DNA of 64,000 bases from an uncultured Gammaproteobacteria bacterium (lineage in GTDB: Bacteria; Patescibacteriota; Microgenomatia; Levybacterales; GWA1-39-11), in assembly GCA_964504535.1 (NCBI GenBank), contig CAZDED010000005.1:9411-73410 (forward strand), written 5' to 3'. Below, piece after piece: positions 9,252 through 18,980 of this stretch. Position numbers and translations under genes: made by a program. Within the stretch, counting starts at the first letter, position 1. Every line of letters begins with the position of its first letter. Below the pieces are notes generated by a model. The model was not told the origin of the DNA. It ran no database searches and saw only the letters and a list, made by a program, of their open reading frames with translations.

Positions 9252-10967
9252 ATGACAGAAGAAATCTCAGTTGATGAGCCTCCTCTTGTAAATCGAGATG
9301 CCTTACCTGATCCAGATCAGCAATGGGGAGACGTAAATTATATTCCCGATTTGCGACCATCGCTTCTTTATCTGCCTCCTGATATGGGTACATGGTCAGA
9401 TAAGTGGGGATTTACGGCGTTTGGGAGAACACCCTTTGAGGTATACATACAAGCTCGTGGAAGAATGACCAGAGAAGTATGTCAGGATGAAGTAAACAAA
9501 CTTAGCTCTCAAGAACTTGAAGCAGAACCTTTTCAATTTTTTTACCGTCACGCCGACATGATCTCAAGATTTGGAGTCCCAGATAGCGCAAGTAAATTCT
9601 TGCCTACGGTATGGAAAAGAGTAATAGATGAAGCCGAAGGTTTTGTGGAAACTGTTTATCCTGAGAACCCAAACTTCCAGGAGACTGTGAGAGCTGATAC
9701 ATTCAATTATTTATTTTGTATTCTTGAGCTCTATGGACAAGAAAGTTCCAATAATTTGAGTCCTGACAAAGTTGAAGAATTATATAATATGGGAATGGAT
9801 AAATACCCGAAATTTGTGCGCAGTGCGCTGCGTTTTGATAACAGAAATAAGATATTAGGAAAATCAATTGGCCTTTCAAGCAGGGTTAAGGCTTCATTGG
9901 AGTCGCTGTTATTAGATGAAAGTAGTGCGGGGAGCAATCAACTAAATGTATTAATTGCTTATATTAGCTAAATTGATAGCTCAATATTACCTCAAGCCCT
10001 TGTATCTTCATTGGCGCATTCAGACTCATCTCAGCAAGTTAGTAAAGTAATTGATGATATAGCTCCTAGACTAGGTATTGAACAAATACGAAAAACCCTT
10101 AGAGAATATGCGGAATCGAATGAGAGTTTTTTGCCAAAACTTAAGCAAACCTATGCATATGTGGGAATTGACAGTGCAAATGACATTGCTTTAAGCCTAA
10201 AAAATGATGTTTATAACAAGCTCGATTTTTCACTATATAACCCAAATGAAAAGCTGCAAAAGTTTGAAGAGCAGCTGCTTGAGGATGAATTCAAGGATAA
10301 GAAAGTTTTAGATGTAGCTTGTGGGACTGGTAGGCATGTGCTTGCAAATAGTAGTGCTGGTGTGAGTGTATCAGGTATAGATATAGTCCCAAAGCATGTC
10401 GAATACATAAAAAATAAAAACCCCGATACAGACGTGCAAATTGCTAGTTGGTTTGATATGCCATTTCCAGACAATAGTTATGAAGGCATATATTGTCTTG
10501 GTAGGTCATTTACCCACAATACAACAATTCCAGATGCCGTCGCTTGTCTGCGAGAAATGAGAAGAGTGTTGAACGATGATGGAATAGTTATTCTTGATCT
10601 TCCAGATCCTGCAAAAGGGGAATATAAAGATCTCATAGACCAAGTGTCTAGAGTACGAATATCCAAAGGATTGAAAGTGCTAAAAGGAATTATTAATGAT
10701 AGTCCGGATCAAGAGCATTATTTCGATAGATTTGTGCCCGATGACAAGCAATTTATTTTAATTGCAGAGCTTGCTGGATTTAAAGCCGAAAAGTTTGCAG
10801 AAAAACCGTATAAAGGAGTATCGGAGAGAGAAAACGTCAATACATATTGGAAATTAACCAAACAACATGAATTGACGACAAAAGTACAGTTGGACTGGAG
10901 AATGTCGACAATGAGAAATAGAGATCAGGCAATTGGTTCTCTTAGTTATGTTTCTTATCGACCGTGA
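9252..10967 (+). pseudogene. Class I SAM-dependent methyltransferase with N-terminal extension, split by an in-frame TAA at 9969-9971
   Basis: ORFs 9252-9971 and 10011-10967 are in the same frame with no other stop between; VLDVACGTGRH motif I. Confidence 0.7.
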
Positions 10968-11719
10968 ATAGTATTTCTCCACGCAAGGTCGAACCAAGCC
11001 TTCATAGACATCGCAACTGAGGGGTGGTGGATGACAATTCCGACAAGTCCTTCGTCTTTTTTGTAATGAATGATGGCAACTTTATCTCCATATATATCTA
11101 TTTCATGCTGAAAAGGAAAGAGTTTCGAGTCGACCATTCGGGTAGTTCTAAATTCTTCAGTATTTTTACTGGTATATGCTTTACTTTCACGACTGGAAGC
11201 AACGATAGCTTTGACATGAACTTTTTCTCTCACTCTTTTTCTCACAAATTTTGTCCTAAGCCAAGCATATAGTTCTGGCTCTACATCTGCAGCTTGGAGT
11301 AGAGCATAGATAGTTTTTTTTTCCACCAAGATATCCTCATAAATATCCTTCAATCCTTCAACTCCTTCATAAATTCTCACAATAGGGCGTTCTGTAGACA
11401 GGGTATAGCTCATAGCAAGTGCCGGGAGTAAGGCGTCAAAATCTTTTTTTGCCTGCTGGACTTTTTCTAGCTCTTCTTGTGCAAGAAGTGCAAGTTTTGT
11501 TGGGGATTCAGGACGTACATGGATGATTTTTTTGTAGTCTCTTTTTAGAATAAAGCCTTTTTTCTCTAATATTGCGAGCGCTTTGTAGACGGTAGGGCGC
11601 TTAAGGCCACACTTTTGGATAAGTGTGCCGACGGGAACTTCTCCACATTTGACCAAAACTTCATAGATTTTTGCCTCATTTTCAGAAAGACCGACGTTTT
11701 GTAAAGCTTGTAGTGACAT
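10955..11719 (-). CDS. TrmB-family HTH transcriptional regulator
   Basis: GLSENEAKIY...RPTVYKAL..LEKKG, then YEGVEG and EIDIYGDKVAI. Confidence 0.88.
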   Translation of the reverse strand: MSLQALQNVGLSENEAKIYEVLVKCGEVPVGTLIQKCGLKRPTVYKALAILEKKGFILKRDYKKIIHVRPESPTKLALLAQEELEKVQQAKKDFDALLPALAMSYTLSTERPIVRIYEGVEGLKDIYEDILVEKKTIYALLQAADVEPELYAWLRTKFVRKRVREKVHVKAIVASSRESKAYTSKNTEEFRTTRMVDSKLFPFQHEIDIYGDKVAIIHYKKDEGLVGIVIHHPSVAMSMKAWFDLAWRNTIHGR

Positions 11720-11864
11720 ATTTGAGTATATTTATACCATCATAAGGTTGATTTGTCAATATATTATGCCACCATATAGTGTCAAAATATGGAAATAAAG
11801 CTGATATAAGGCTGTTTTTGTACAGGGATAGAAGATTTGAAAATATATATTATTGTCAAGAGTG

Positions 11865-12047
11865 TTGAACATTATATAACTATAAGATAAAATGTACCAC
11901 TGTTTTAAAGCAGTCAAGCAATAGCTGTTTGATGACCCTTGAAGCAGCGTACATTAACAATCTGCTGAAAAATACTCCTTTCGGAGACTTTTCCCATCAC
12001 AAATATGGTGGGCGAAATCTCCGACAAGGAGAATACAATGAGGAGGG
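11865..12047 (+). promoter_or_regulatory. Cassette leader A: TTGAAC-17-TAAAAT promoter, boxA-like GTACATTAACAAT (11949-11961), long hairpin, SD
   Basis: Read directly; hairpin tcggaga..cccatca/tggtggg..tctccga followed by AAGGAG. Confidence 0.75.
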
Positions 12048-12820
12048 GCGTTATGTCCCAGGCATTTCCTATCCCTGCATCCATCCTTCAGCCCATTCCT
12101 GATCCCGTCCCGGAAGGCTACTTCCAGCGGTGGCAGGTCTACGTCGATGGGCAAGAGGCAACGCCTCAGCACATCACGATGGTGAATGTGGGGCAAGGAC
12201 TCCAGCTCGACTGGGGCTCTCACCCCGATGGCAAATGGTCGCAGTTCTGTTACCGCGAGAACCATGGAGGTGGCGTTGTCATCATTCCGCATGCAGTCAT
12301 GCCCGACGGGCGTGTCTACATCGGCGTCATCGACGCCAGGCGCCCTTTCCGCGATCCGCGGCCAGGGGCTGTCTTCATGGAGTTGCCGCGCGGTATGCGT
12401 GACAAGCTGGAATCGGCCACACAGGCCGCTCAGCGCGAAACGGAAGAAGAGACCGGCCATTCGGTTTCCGAAGGGTCGTATGTCGTGCTCGATGGTGATG
12501 GGGCCAACCCCAATTCCACCTTCTGGCTCACGTATGATCACAAGAACGAGACGCCGGATGGCGTCAGGTTCGTGACCGTCGAAGTCCCGGCCTCATCGCT
12601 CGTTCCCTCAAGGGACGGCGAAATGGTTTTGGACACCGCCGGACCCGTGGATTCCTTTGAAGGAATCGAGAAGTGTAGGTTCGTGCCCCTTACTATCCGT
12701 GAAACCGCGGGTGAAGGGGACATGTTCCTGCTCAGTGGAGCTTTCAAGCTCCAAGCGTACCTCATCGGACACTACGCCAACGTTTCCTTTCGGGATGGCG
12801 TGATGGTCGTGTCCAACTAG
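12038..12820 (+). CDS. NUDIX hydrolase (GC-rich cassette); start 12038 or 12053
   Basis: Nudix box ELPRGMRDKLESATQAAQRETEEETG; two in-frame SD-ATG pairs. Confidence 0.85.
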   Translation: MRRGVMSQAFPIPASILQPIPDPVPEGYFQRWQVYVDGQEATPQHITMVNVGQGLQLDWGSHPDGKWSQFCYRENHGGGVVIIPHAVMPDGRVYIGVIDARRPFRDPRPGAVFMELPRGMRDKLESATQAAQRETEEETGHSVSEGSYVVLDGDGANPNSTFWLTYDHKNETPDGVRFVTVEVPASSLVPSRDGEMVLDTAGPVDSFEGIEKCRFVPLTIRETAGEGDMFLLSGAFKLQAYLIGHYANVSFRDGVMVVSN

Positions 12821-12837
12821 TCATTCAGCAGATCTCA

Positions 12838-12861
12838 GCCGGGTACCTCACGGTACCCGGC
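12838..12861 (+). terminator. GC-rich hairpin closing cassette A
   Basis: GCCGGGTACC-tcac-GGTACCCGGC, 10-bp perfect stem; weak U tract. Confidence 0.7.
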
Positions 12862-13106
12862 ACCATTTAAAACCTAATCAGCAGGGTTGGTAAATATTGG
12901 TACTACATCAATTCCAAGGATACAAGAAAGAGTTTGCCAGTTCCCATTCAAATATGTCTTATATATCGATATATCATGCAATAGTGGCTTATGTTTTTGA
13001 GTTAGTTGAAGCTTGCCGTGGACTAGTTGAAGGGTTAAAATAAGGAGTCTTAGGGTAGTAGCTTAGTGCGAATGAAATGAGCACCAAACTTACTTTTTGA
13101 CAATAT

Positions 13107-13180
13107 AGGGTCGTAGTTTACCGGTAGAATAGGGGTCTCCAAAACCCTTGAAGATGGTTCGATTCCATCCGGCCCTGCCA
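13107..13180 (+). tRNA. tRNA-Trp(CCA)
   Basis: Acceptor AGGGTCG/CGGCCCT, loop CTCCAAA, GGTTCGATTCC, encoded CCA. Confidence 0.95.
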
Positions 13181-13286
13181 GGCACCATTCGGAGCCTGGC
13201 TTCGCAAGGAGCCAGCGTAGATGGTGACGCAGTCAGGTATCGTATGGTACCTGACAACCTTAGTATCCTCCATGTAAACTTAACAA

Positions 13287-13547
13287 GTGAAATTATTTTA
13301 CGTCTATATTCTTCGCAATAGAGATAAATATTTTACCTACATCGGTTATTCTGAAGACTTAAAATTCCGTTTGAAAACTCACAATTCTGGACAAGTTATT
13401 TCAACTAAGCATTACGTTCCACTTGAACTAATCCATTACGAAGCATATAAAAATATGAAGGATGCAAAGAGAAGAGAGCAATATCTTAAATCCAATAAAG
13501 GCAAAACTACCTTAATAACAATGCTTAAAGAATACTTTTCAGAATAA
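13287..13547 (+). CDS. GIY-YIG nuclease family protein
   Basis: FYVYIL..FTYIGYSEDLKFRLKTHN..YEAY..AKRREQYLK. Confidence 0.92.
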   Translation: MKLFYVYILRNRDKYFTYIGYSEDLKFRLKTHNSGQVISTKHYVPLELIHYEAYKNMKDAKRREQYLKSNKGKTTLITMLKEYFSE

Positions 13548-13632
13548 TAGCCCCAGAACTTTTACAACCCTCGAGCACAATTCTATGCTCGACTTCGCGA
13601 AGCAATTCGAACTTCTTTGTTATAATATTTTA

Positions 13633-13992
13633 ATGGAACAACTTGAAAATTGGCTCGAATTACTAAAGACCGCATGGGAGAAAAAGAATCCTGATCTAGC
13701 AATAGAGCTGTGTGCCGAAAAGTTTATTTGGTATGAAGCTCCTTTTCAGAATCCAATCACAACTAGGCAAGGTCTATTAGATGAATGGGAAAGTGTGCAA
13801 AATCATAAAGATATATCAATGAAGTACGAAATATTAAGCTTAACAGGTAATGTTGGCATCGCAAAATGGTCAGCAGTTTTTAAAAGACTATCTGAAGAAA
13901 CAAGCACAGAATTAGAAGGAATTTATTTAGTAAAACTAGATTCTCAAGGAAAATGCACAGAATTTCACCAGTGGTATAACTCTAAATATTGA
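13633..13992 (+). CDS. NTF2/SnoaL-like protein
   Basis: AWEKKNPD..YEAPF..LEGIYLVKLD..CTEFHQW; TATAAT 6 nt before ATG 13633. Confidence 0.8.
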   Translation: MEQLENWLELLKTAWEKKNPDLAIELCAEKFIWYEAPFQNPITTRQGLLDEWESVQNHKDISMKYEILSLTGNVGIAKWSAVFKRLSEETSTELEGIYLVKLDSQGKCTEFHQWYNSKY

Positions 13993-14103
13993 GAAAATGC
14001 GCCCAAAAATCCCTCACCCTCCCGGTGCAAGCGAACCTTGCCCAACCTCGAAAATTAAATCTCCGCTTGTTCTCAAGAAGACTCTCTGATAACCAGATTG
14101 CTT

Positions 14104-14502
14104 TTATGGAGTACGATTTCGGTCAGGATTATAGATCTGAGCATTTTCAAGAGCAACAACAGCACCATCAAAAAATCCTCGTAGTGAAAGTGCGTTTGAC
14201 ACTCTTTTCCATTCTTTAGTTATATGATATGGGTCCTGGCTCAACTGAGAAAACCATATCATTTCCCCTGAATCCTTCACGCCTTCATCAGGATGTACGT
14301 ATGCGGGAACGTTTCGTGTAAGAATATATACATTTGCGTTTTTGCCTTTATCAAAGACACGTTTTCTTCCATCTCGAAGGTCAAGCTCTCCTTCGATAGT
14401 CCAATCAGAACTCCAATCCCATGTGGACCTCTCTGGGTATTGATTCATGTAAGTCGTTGGGGGTAAGTAAATAGCAAAGTCTGCTTCGTCTGAACGGGGC
14501 AT
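14104..14502 (-). CDS. Hypothetical protein
   Basis: 132-aa ORF; TTGACT promoter element upstream. Confidence 0.6.
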   Translation of the reverse strand: MPRSDEADFAIYLPPTTYMNQYPERSTWDWSSDWTIEGELDLRDGRKRVFDKGKNANVYILTRNVPAYVHPDEGVKDSGEMIWFSQLSQDPYHITKEWKRVSNALSLRGFFDGAVVALENAQIYNPDRNRTP

Positions 14503-14617
14503 ACCAATATGCTATTACCTCTTTCGTTAGAAGTCAATATTTAACGTAGTTACATTCCTCTATTTTTAGACTCAAATTTTATACTCCAGTGGGATTCGTT
14601 ACTGATATAATTCAATT

Positions 14618-15178
14618 ATGAAAATAAGTAAAAAATTGTAGGCAAAAATTGACAAAGCTGTTAAAGAAAAAATCGATATTGTTCCCTACGACCCAAATTG
14701 GCCAATACAATTTGAAGTAGAAAAAAAATTCCTTATCGAGAGATTTCCAGCCCTTATTGTCCGAGTTGAACATTTTGGCAGTACTGCAGTTCCAAATCTT
14801 TCTGCAAAACCAGTTATCGATATGCTTATCGAAGTTTCAAGTTTGAATGAAACAAAAAAACAGATAGTTCCAGTTCTTAAATCACTTGGATATGATTATT
14901 TCTGGAGAACTGACATGGGCAAACCTTATACGTGGTTTATAAAAAGAGATCCAAGTGGAAAAAGAACACATCATCTTCATATGCATGAGAAAGATGCAGA
15001 GATTTGTGATAGATTGTATTTTAGAGATTTTCTTAAAGAGCATCCACAAACTGCTAAAGAATACCAAGAATTAAAAATTTACCTTGCGGAAAAATATCCT
15101 TACGACCGAGAGGCATATACAAAGGGTAAGACTGATTTTATTCTACCTATTTACTACAGAGGCAAAAAAAATTTATGA
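14618..15178 (+). pseudogene. GrpB/UPF0157 nucleotidyltransferase-like protein with TAG at codon 8
   Basis: Leaderless ATG 14618, TAG 14639-14641, then in frame IVPYDPNWP..EHFGSTAVPNLSAKPVID..HHLH..FRDFL..YTKGKTDFI. Confidence 0.8.
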
Positions 15179-15257
15179 AAAAAGATAATAAGTTCAATAT
15201 TATTTACTCAAGCAATGTACGGTAGGCTTATACGAAGCTAATTTTTATCTTATAGTT

Positions 15258-15438
15258 TTGATATTCGTTTCAATTTCTGTTAAAATATATCTATGCAAAC
15301 ATGATAAATCTAAGCTCAAAAATGCTGCTTAGAGGTGTCAAATTTGCCATTTTTAGCACTTTTACATTGCGGAAATTAGTGGTTACCACCTTACACATAA
15401 GATGTTGTGTTTGAGGTGGTAACCATAGAAAGAGGAGG
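15258..15438 (+). promoter_or_regulatory. Cassette leader B: TTGATA-17-TAAAAT, hairpin, boxA-like GCACTTTTACATT (15356-15368), long hairpin, AGGAGG
   Basis: Read directly; hairpin tggttaccacctt...gaggtggtaacca at 15380-15425. Confidence 0.65.
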
Positions 15439-15447
15439 TCACACCAA

Positions 15448-15833
15448 ATTGTAGGGGCAACCCTGAATCCTCAGCGTGTCGAGGAGATTTTTCTTGACTG
15501 CCTCTTCAAGCGTGGAGAGGACACGACCAGCCACATCAAGGCCGAGGGTATCACCTCGGTGGTCGGGTTTCATCCCAACCGCCTCGAAACCCATAAGGCA
15601 GAGATCAAGGCTCTCTTGGACGATTGCCTGATGAGTTCAAGCTGACAGGCGGCGGCGGAATGTCATTCCTGAAAGCCTGCAACGACAAGCACGGCAACCA
15701 ATGGACCGGTCTCCATTAGCACATGGAGCAACTGTTCCAACTCGGAATTGCCATCGGCAAGGTGCAAACCCTTCTCCCTCGGGAGATGTGGTCGGCACTA
15801 CCGGGTGCAGTGCCGTACTACGCAATCATGTAG
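15448..15833 (+). pseudogene. GC-rich hypothetical gene with a frameshift (~15623) and internal TAG (15717-15719)
   Basis: Reconstructed LNPQRVEEIFLDCLFK..GFHPNRLE..LPDEFKLTGGGGMSFLKACNDKHGNQWTGLH*HMEQLFQLG..LPREMWSALPGAVPYY; from memory it resembles a phage/CPR hypothetical family (unchecked). Confidence 0.7.
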
Positions 15834-15888
15834 TCAGCCCAACCCTCACATCGTCAAGACAACGGTTCACAACCAGAGAAAGGAAGCC

Positions 15889-16254
15889 ATGTCACTTACG
15901 ATCACCGCTGATTTCCTCCAACGATTTGTAGGAGGACAGTTGGAGTATGAGAACACAATGGGGCATTATCGGTTTCGCGGCGAGATCGAACGTGTCTGGA
16001 TAGAGGGCAGCAAAAATGCAACAATGTACGTCCTCTTGAAGTGGCTTGCCGAGATGGGTGAGGACTCCAGATGGCACGGTGCCGTTGACACCCTCGATTA
16101 CTCGGTCGGCCTCGCCGAAACGAGTTTCAGTGAGGCTGACGACAGCACTGTCCATTATGTCTCAACGCTCATTCAAGAAAAGGGGACCTTTTTCCCTCCA
16201 GAAGGAAGTAGACTGGATCCGTTGGAGGTGGAAGGGCTCCAGCTTCCCTCCTAA
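15889..16254 (+). CDS. GC-rich hypothetical protein (second gene of cassette B)
   Basis: GAAAGGAAGCC-ATG; MSLTITADFLQRFVGGQLEYEN. Confidence 0.75.
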   Translation: MSLTITADFLQRFVGGQLEYENTMGHYRFRGEIERVWIEGSKNATMYVLLKWLAEMGEDSRWHGAVDTLDYSVGLAETSFSEADDSTVHYVSTLIQEKGTFFPPEGSRLDPLEVEGLQLPS

Positions 16255-16278
16255 CAAGTTCCGCATCACGAATCACTC

Positions 16279-16328
16279 GGGCAAAAGTGCACTGGGCCGC
16301 GACACGTTCGCGGCCCTTTTGCTTTTGT
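16279..16328 (+). terminator. Terminator closing cassette B
   Basis: GGGCCGCGA-cacgt-TCGCGGCCC-TTTT. Confidence 0.8.
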
Positions 16329-16409
16329 AAAGTAAAACAATATTTTCCGATATATTCGCTCGCGGGTTCAAGCTTGACCTTAACATATATATTTGAAATA
16401 CTGATGTTT

Positions 16410-17198
16410 ATGGAGATAATAGATCCTATTCAATCTCAAGCACCTATTCAAGCACCTACCGTTTTTTCATCACAACAACCTGTTGGTAGTCGGAAAAAAT
16501 ATATGGTTATGGGTTTGGTGGTTGCAATTCTATTGCTGATTGTAGGTATTGGAGGATACTTATTAGGAATAAGAAGTAACCTAGCTTCTAATGGAAATAA
16601 TGTAAATGAAAGAATATCCGTTACTCCCCAGAGTGATTCTCCTCCGGTTGTCGACCTATTACCTAGTAAAGTTCCAACTCCTACAACAAATCCAACAGCA
16701 GACTGGAGGATATATTTGAATAAAGACTGGAATCTAACAATTAAATACCCTCCAAATTTGTTTAAAAAAGACTACAATGATCTTGCTTATTTTACTTTTG
16801 AGCCTGAACCTACTGAAGGATGGGGCATGATGGGAGCTTCAAGCGCCATAAGAATTTCAAAGGTGGAGCCTTTTTTTACACCTGGATTAAAATTTGACGC
16901 ACTATCCAAAGCAGTGGTTGGATCAGATGTAAAAGAAGCACAAGAAGGGGTAGATATAAAAGTTACTAAAATAAAAAACACAAAAATTGGGAATTATGAT
17001 GCAGTTGAGTATATTCATGATGGGATCACGCCTCCTAAAACGGATGGAAGGGGACCAATTGGTTATTCACGCATACTACTTGTTAAAGTGAATAACGATA
17101 CGTTTATAGAACTTAAAAATTCTTCGTATGAGGTGCAAACAACAAAGAATAATGATGAGATTTTTAATCAAATGATATCGACACTACAAATTAAATAG
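16410..17198 (+). CDS. Single-TM surface protein with WxxY...YP (PsbP-like) domain
   Basis: TM helix, P/T linker, DWRIYLNKDWNLTIKYP ... FNQMISTL. Confidence 0.7.
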   Translation: MEIIDPIQSQAPIQAPTVFSSQQPVGSRKKYMVMGLVVAILLLIVGIGGYLLGIRSNLASNGNNVNERISVTPQSDSPPVVDLLPSKVPTPTTNPTADWRIYLNKDWNLTIKYPPNLFKKDYNDLAYFTFEPEPTEGWGMMGASSAIRISKVEPFFTPGLKFDALSKAVVGSDVKEAQEGVDIKVTKIKNTKIGNYDAVEYIHDGITPPKTDGRGPIGYSRILLVKVNNDTFIELKNSSYEVQTTKNNDEIFNQMISTLQIK

Positions 17199-17282
17199 TT
17201 CGCTAAAACATCATTTAGTTAAAAAACTTTTACACTGGATTAAGCCGAGAATTTCCTCAAGCCGCGTAAACTATCTTATAGT

Positions 17283-17360
17283 TTGACATTTGACCCCAAA
17301 TTTAGTATAATTCTTGTTCACCGATATGGTGAAAGTGCCTTCGCGATATGTGAAAGGAGA
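17283..17360 (+). promoter_or_regulatory. Consensus TTGACA-17-TATAAT promoter, two hairpins with GATAT loops, SD AAGGAG
   Basis: ttcacc-gatat-ggtgaa and ttcgc-gatat-gtgaa before ATG 17366. Confidence 0.75.
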
Positions 17361-17365
17361 ACAAT

Positions 17366-17719
17366 ATGCGATCAGGCGAATGGACGCAAAGCATGGCACT
17401 TGCTATGTCAGCGGCCGTCGGAGTCCTAACCATAACAGGTGGGACATATCCCTCGGAAGTCATCAAATACTTCCGCGGAATTACTCCTAGTCCTCAGCAC
17501 GTTTCACGGAAGCTGGGGTTGAAAACACACGAAGAATACTTCCAGTTGACCTTCGAGTCAATCGGAGATGTAGTCTTTCCTGTGATTATTGAGGTCGCTC
17601 TTTTGTGCGAAGATTGTAACCTCCACACCCATAACTGGGGAACATCCTTACCCAACTGTTACATGTTCCTGCAAATAAGTAAGTACTTACAAAGGTACTA
17701 TTGGAATAGAAATTATTAT
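17366..17719 (+). CDS. SD-led hypothetical ORF that reads through into the next gene; true 3' end uncertain
   Basis: AAGGAG + ATG; composition becomes AT-rich near 17650. Confidence 0.45.
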
Positions 17720-18171
17720 ATGAATCAACAAGTAATAGAAGAACAGATCACAACAACTGAAGTTTCATCTCCTCTGCAAGCTATGAGAGCTACCAAACAA
17801 GCTCTAAATCCCCAAGTTAAGACTGAACACCCACAAAAAGTATTTGAAAAAAGAAAAAGATTTTTCGTTTTAACCAAGTCGTTTGGTATATCCTAGTATT
17901 TATCGAAGTTTTGCTTATATTTAGGGCCGGATTTAAAGCAATAGGGGCAAACCCATCAAGTGGCTTTGTCAGCATGATCCATGGTGTCACAGATGTTATG
18001 GTAATACCTTTTCAGGGTATCATAGGAAGTGTAGTGAGTGGCAACTCGGTCATTGAATGGGCTTCAGTTATTGCTGGAGTAGTTTTTGCCTTAATCGCTT
18101 GGGGACTTGTGTATCTTCTGCAATTCATAAAGCCAATCACCCCTCATGAAGTAGAAGAGCAAATTGGATAG
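17720..18171 (+). pseudogene. YggT-like membrane protein split by a frameshift in an A-rich run (~17845-17860)
   Basis: Changing frame joins KVFEK to KKIFRFNQVVWYILVFIEVLLIFRAGFKAIGANPSSGFV..PFQGI. Confidence 0.75.
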
Positions 18172-18218
18172 AGCATCTCATAGTTTATTTTTGGCCACAA
18201 ATCTGATATAATTTCATT

Positions 18219-18947
18219 ATGTCAGAAAGAAAATTATCTCCTGAAAGAATACATTCCATGTATTCCATTGGACGAAAACGTGCAATGGCTGGTCGTCCGA
18301 TCGTTACAGAAGCTGTAATCGGAATAAGAAATAGAGAACGTGTGAGGGAATATTTATTTGGATATGTAGGCTATGTTGAAGAGTCACTAGCCGAAATTGG
18401 TATAGAGGGTCCAGCAAGTCTAGGAATTCATGAATCATTTCAACACGTGGTCGTGCAGGATCCGACAGTTGAAGGCCTTTCTGGAATTGAAGGACTTAAT
18501 GATGGTATGAGGCTAAAAGAAGAGGACGATAGTTTTGGTTCACTTGGTTATGGTGAGTCAATTCATTATCAAGATGGTTACAAAATCGGGTCTGCCTTTG
18601 CTCGAGCGAATGTGAGAAAAGGTAATTTTGAAGCTATTCCTATGTCACAAAAAATTTCTCAAGAAGGGACACAAATGATAAAGCCCGTAATTAAGGGATG
18701 GCTTGAAGAGAATGGTGCATTAAAGTTCGACCCAAGCATTGTATTAGCATTAAATCCTGTTGTGCGGTTGGCTTTTGCTTACTGCATAAGTAATGGTAAT
18801 GCTGCGTTCGGGGACTATTCGAAAAAACTACAGGAAAGGTTAGAAACAAACACAGAGTATTCGGATGAGGTTAAAAAACTAATTACTGAAGGTATAAAGA
18901 GAAGTCCGCTACTTGCTACGAAAGCAAAATCTTCGATTTTGACGTAA
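18219..18947 (+). CDS. Hypothetical protein (leaderless)
   Basis: 242-aa ORF; TATAAT 6 nt before ATG. Confidence 0.7.
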   Translation: MSERKLSPERIHSMYSIGRKRAMAGRPIVTEAVIGIRNRERVREYLFGYVGYVEESLAEIGIEGPASLGIHESFQHVVVQDPTVEGLSGIEGLNDGMRLKEEDDSFGSLGYGESIHYQDGYKIGSAFARANVRKGNFEAIPMSQKISQEGTQMIKPVIKGWLEENGALKFDPSIVLALNPVVRLAFAYCISNGNAAFGDYSKKLQERLETNTEYSDEVKKLITEGIKRSPLLATKAKSSILT

Positions 18948-18980
18948 GGGGAAGAGGATTTACGACTGGTATCCTAAGAA

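Noticed and set aside
9969-15719. In-frame stops as evidence of genetic code reassignment
   Set aside because: The interrupting stops are mixed (TAA, TAG) and come with frameshifts. TAA, TAG and TGA all end intact housekeeping genes, and tRNA-Trp has a CCA anticodon.
11865-18171. Prophage or integrative element at tRNA-Trp
   Set aside because: No integrase, structural genes or duplicated tRNA-Trp 3' end seen.
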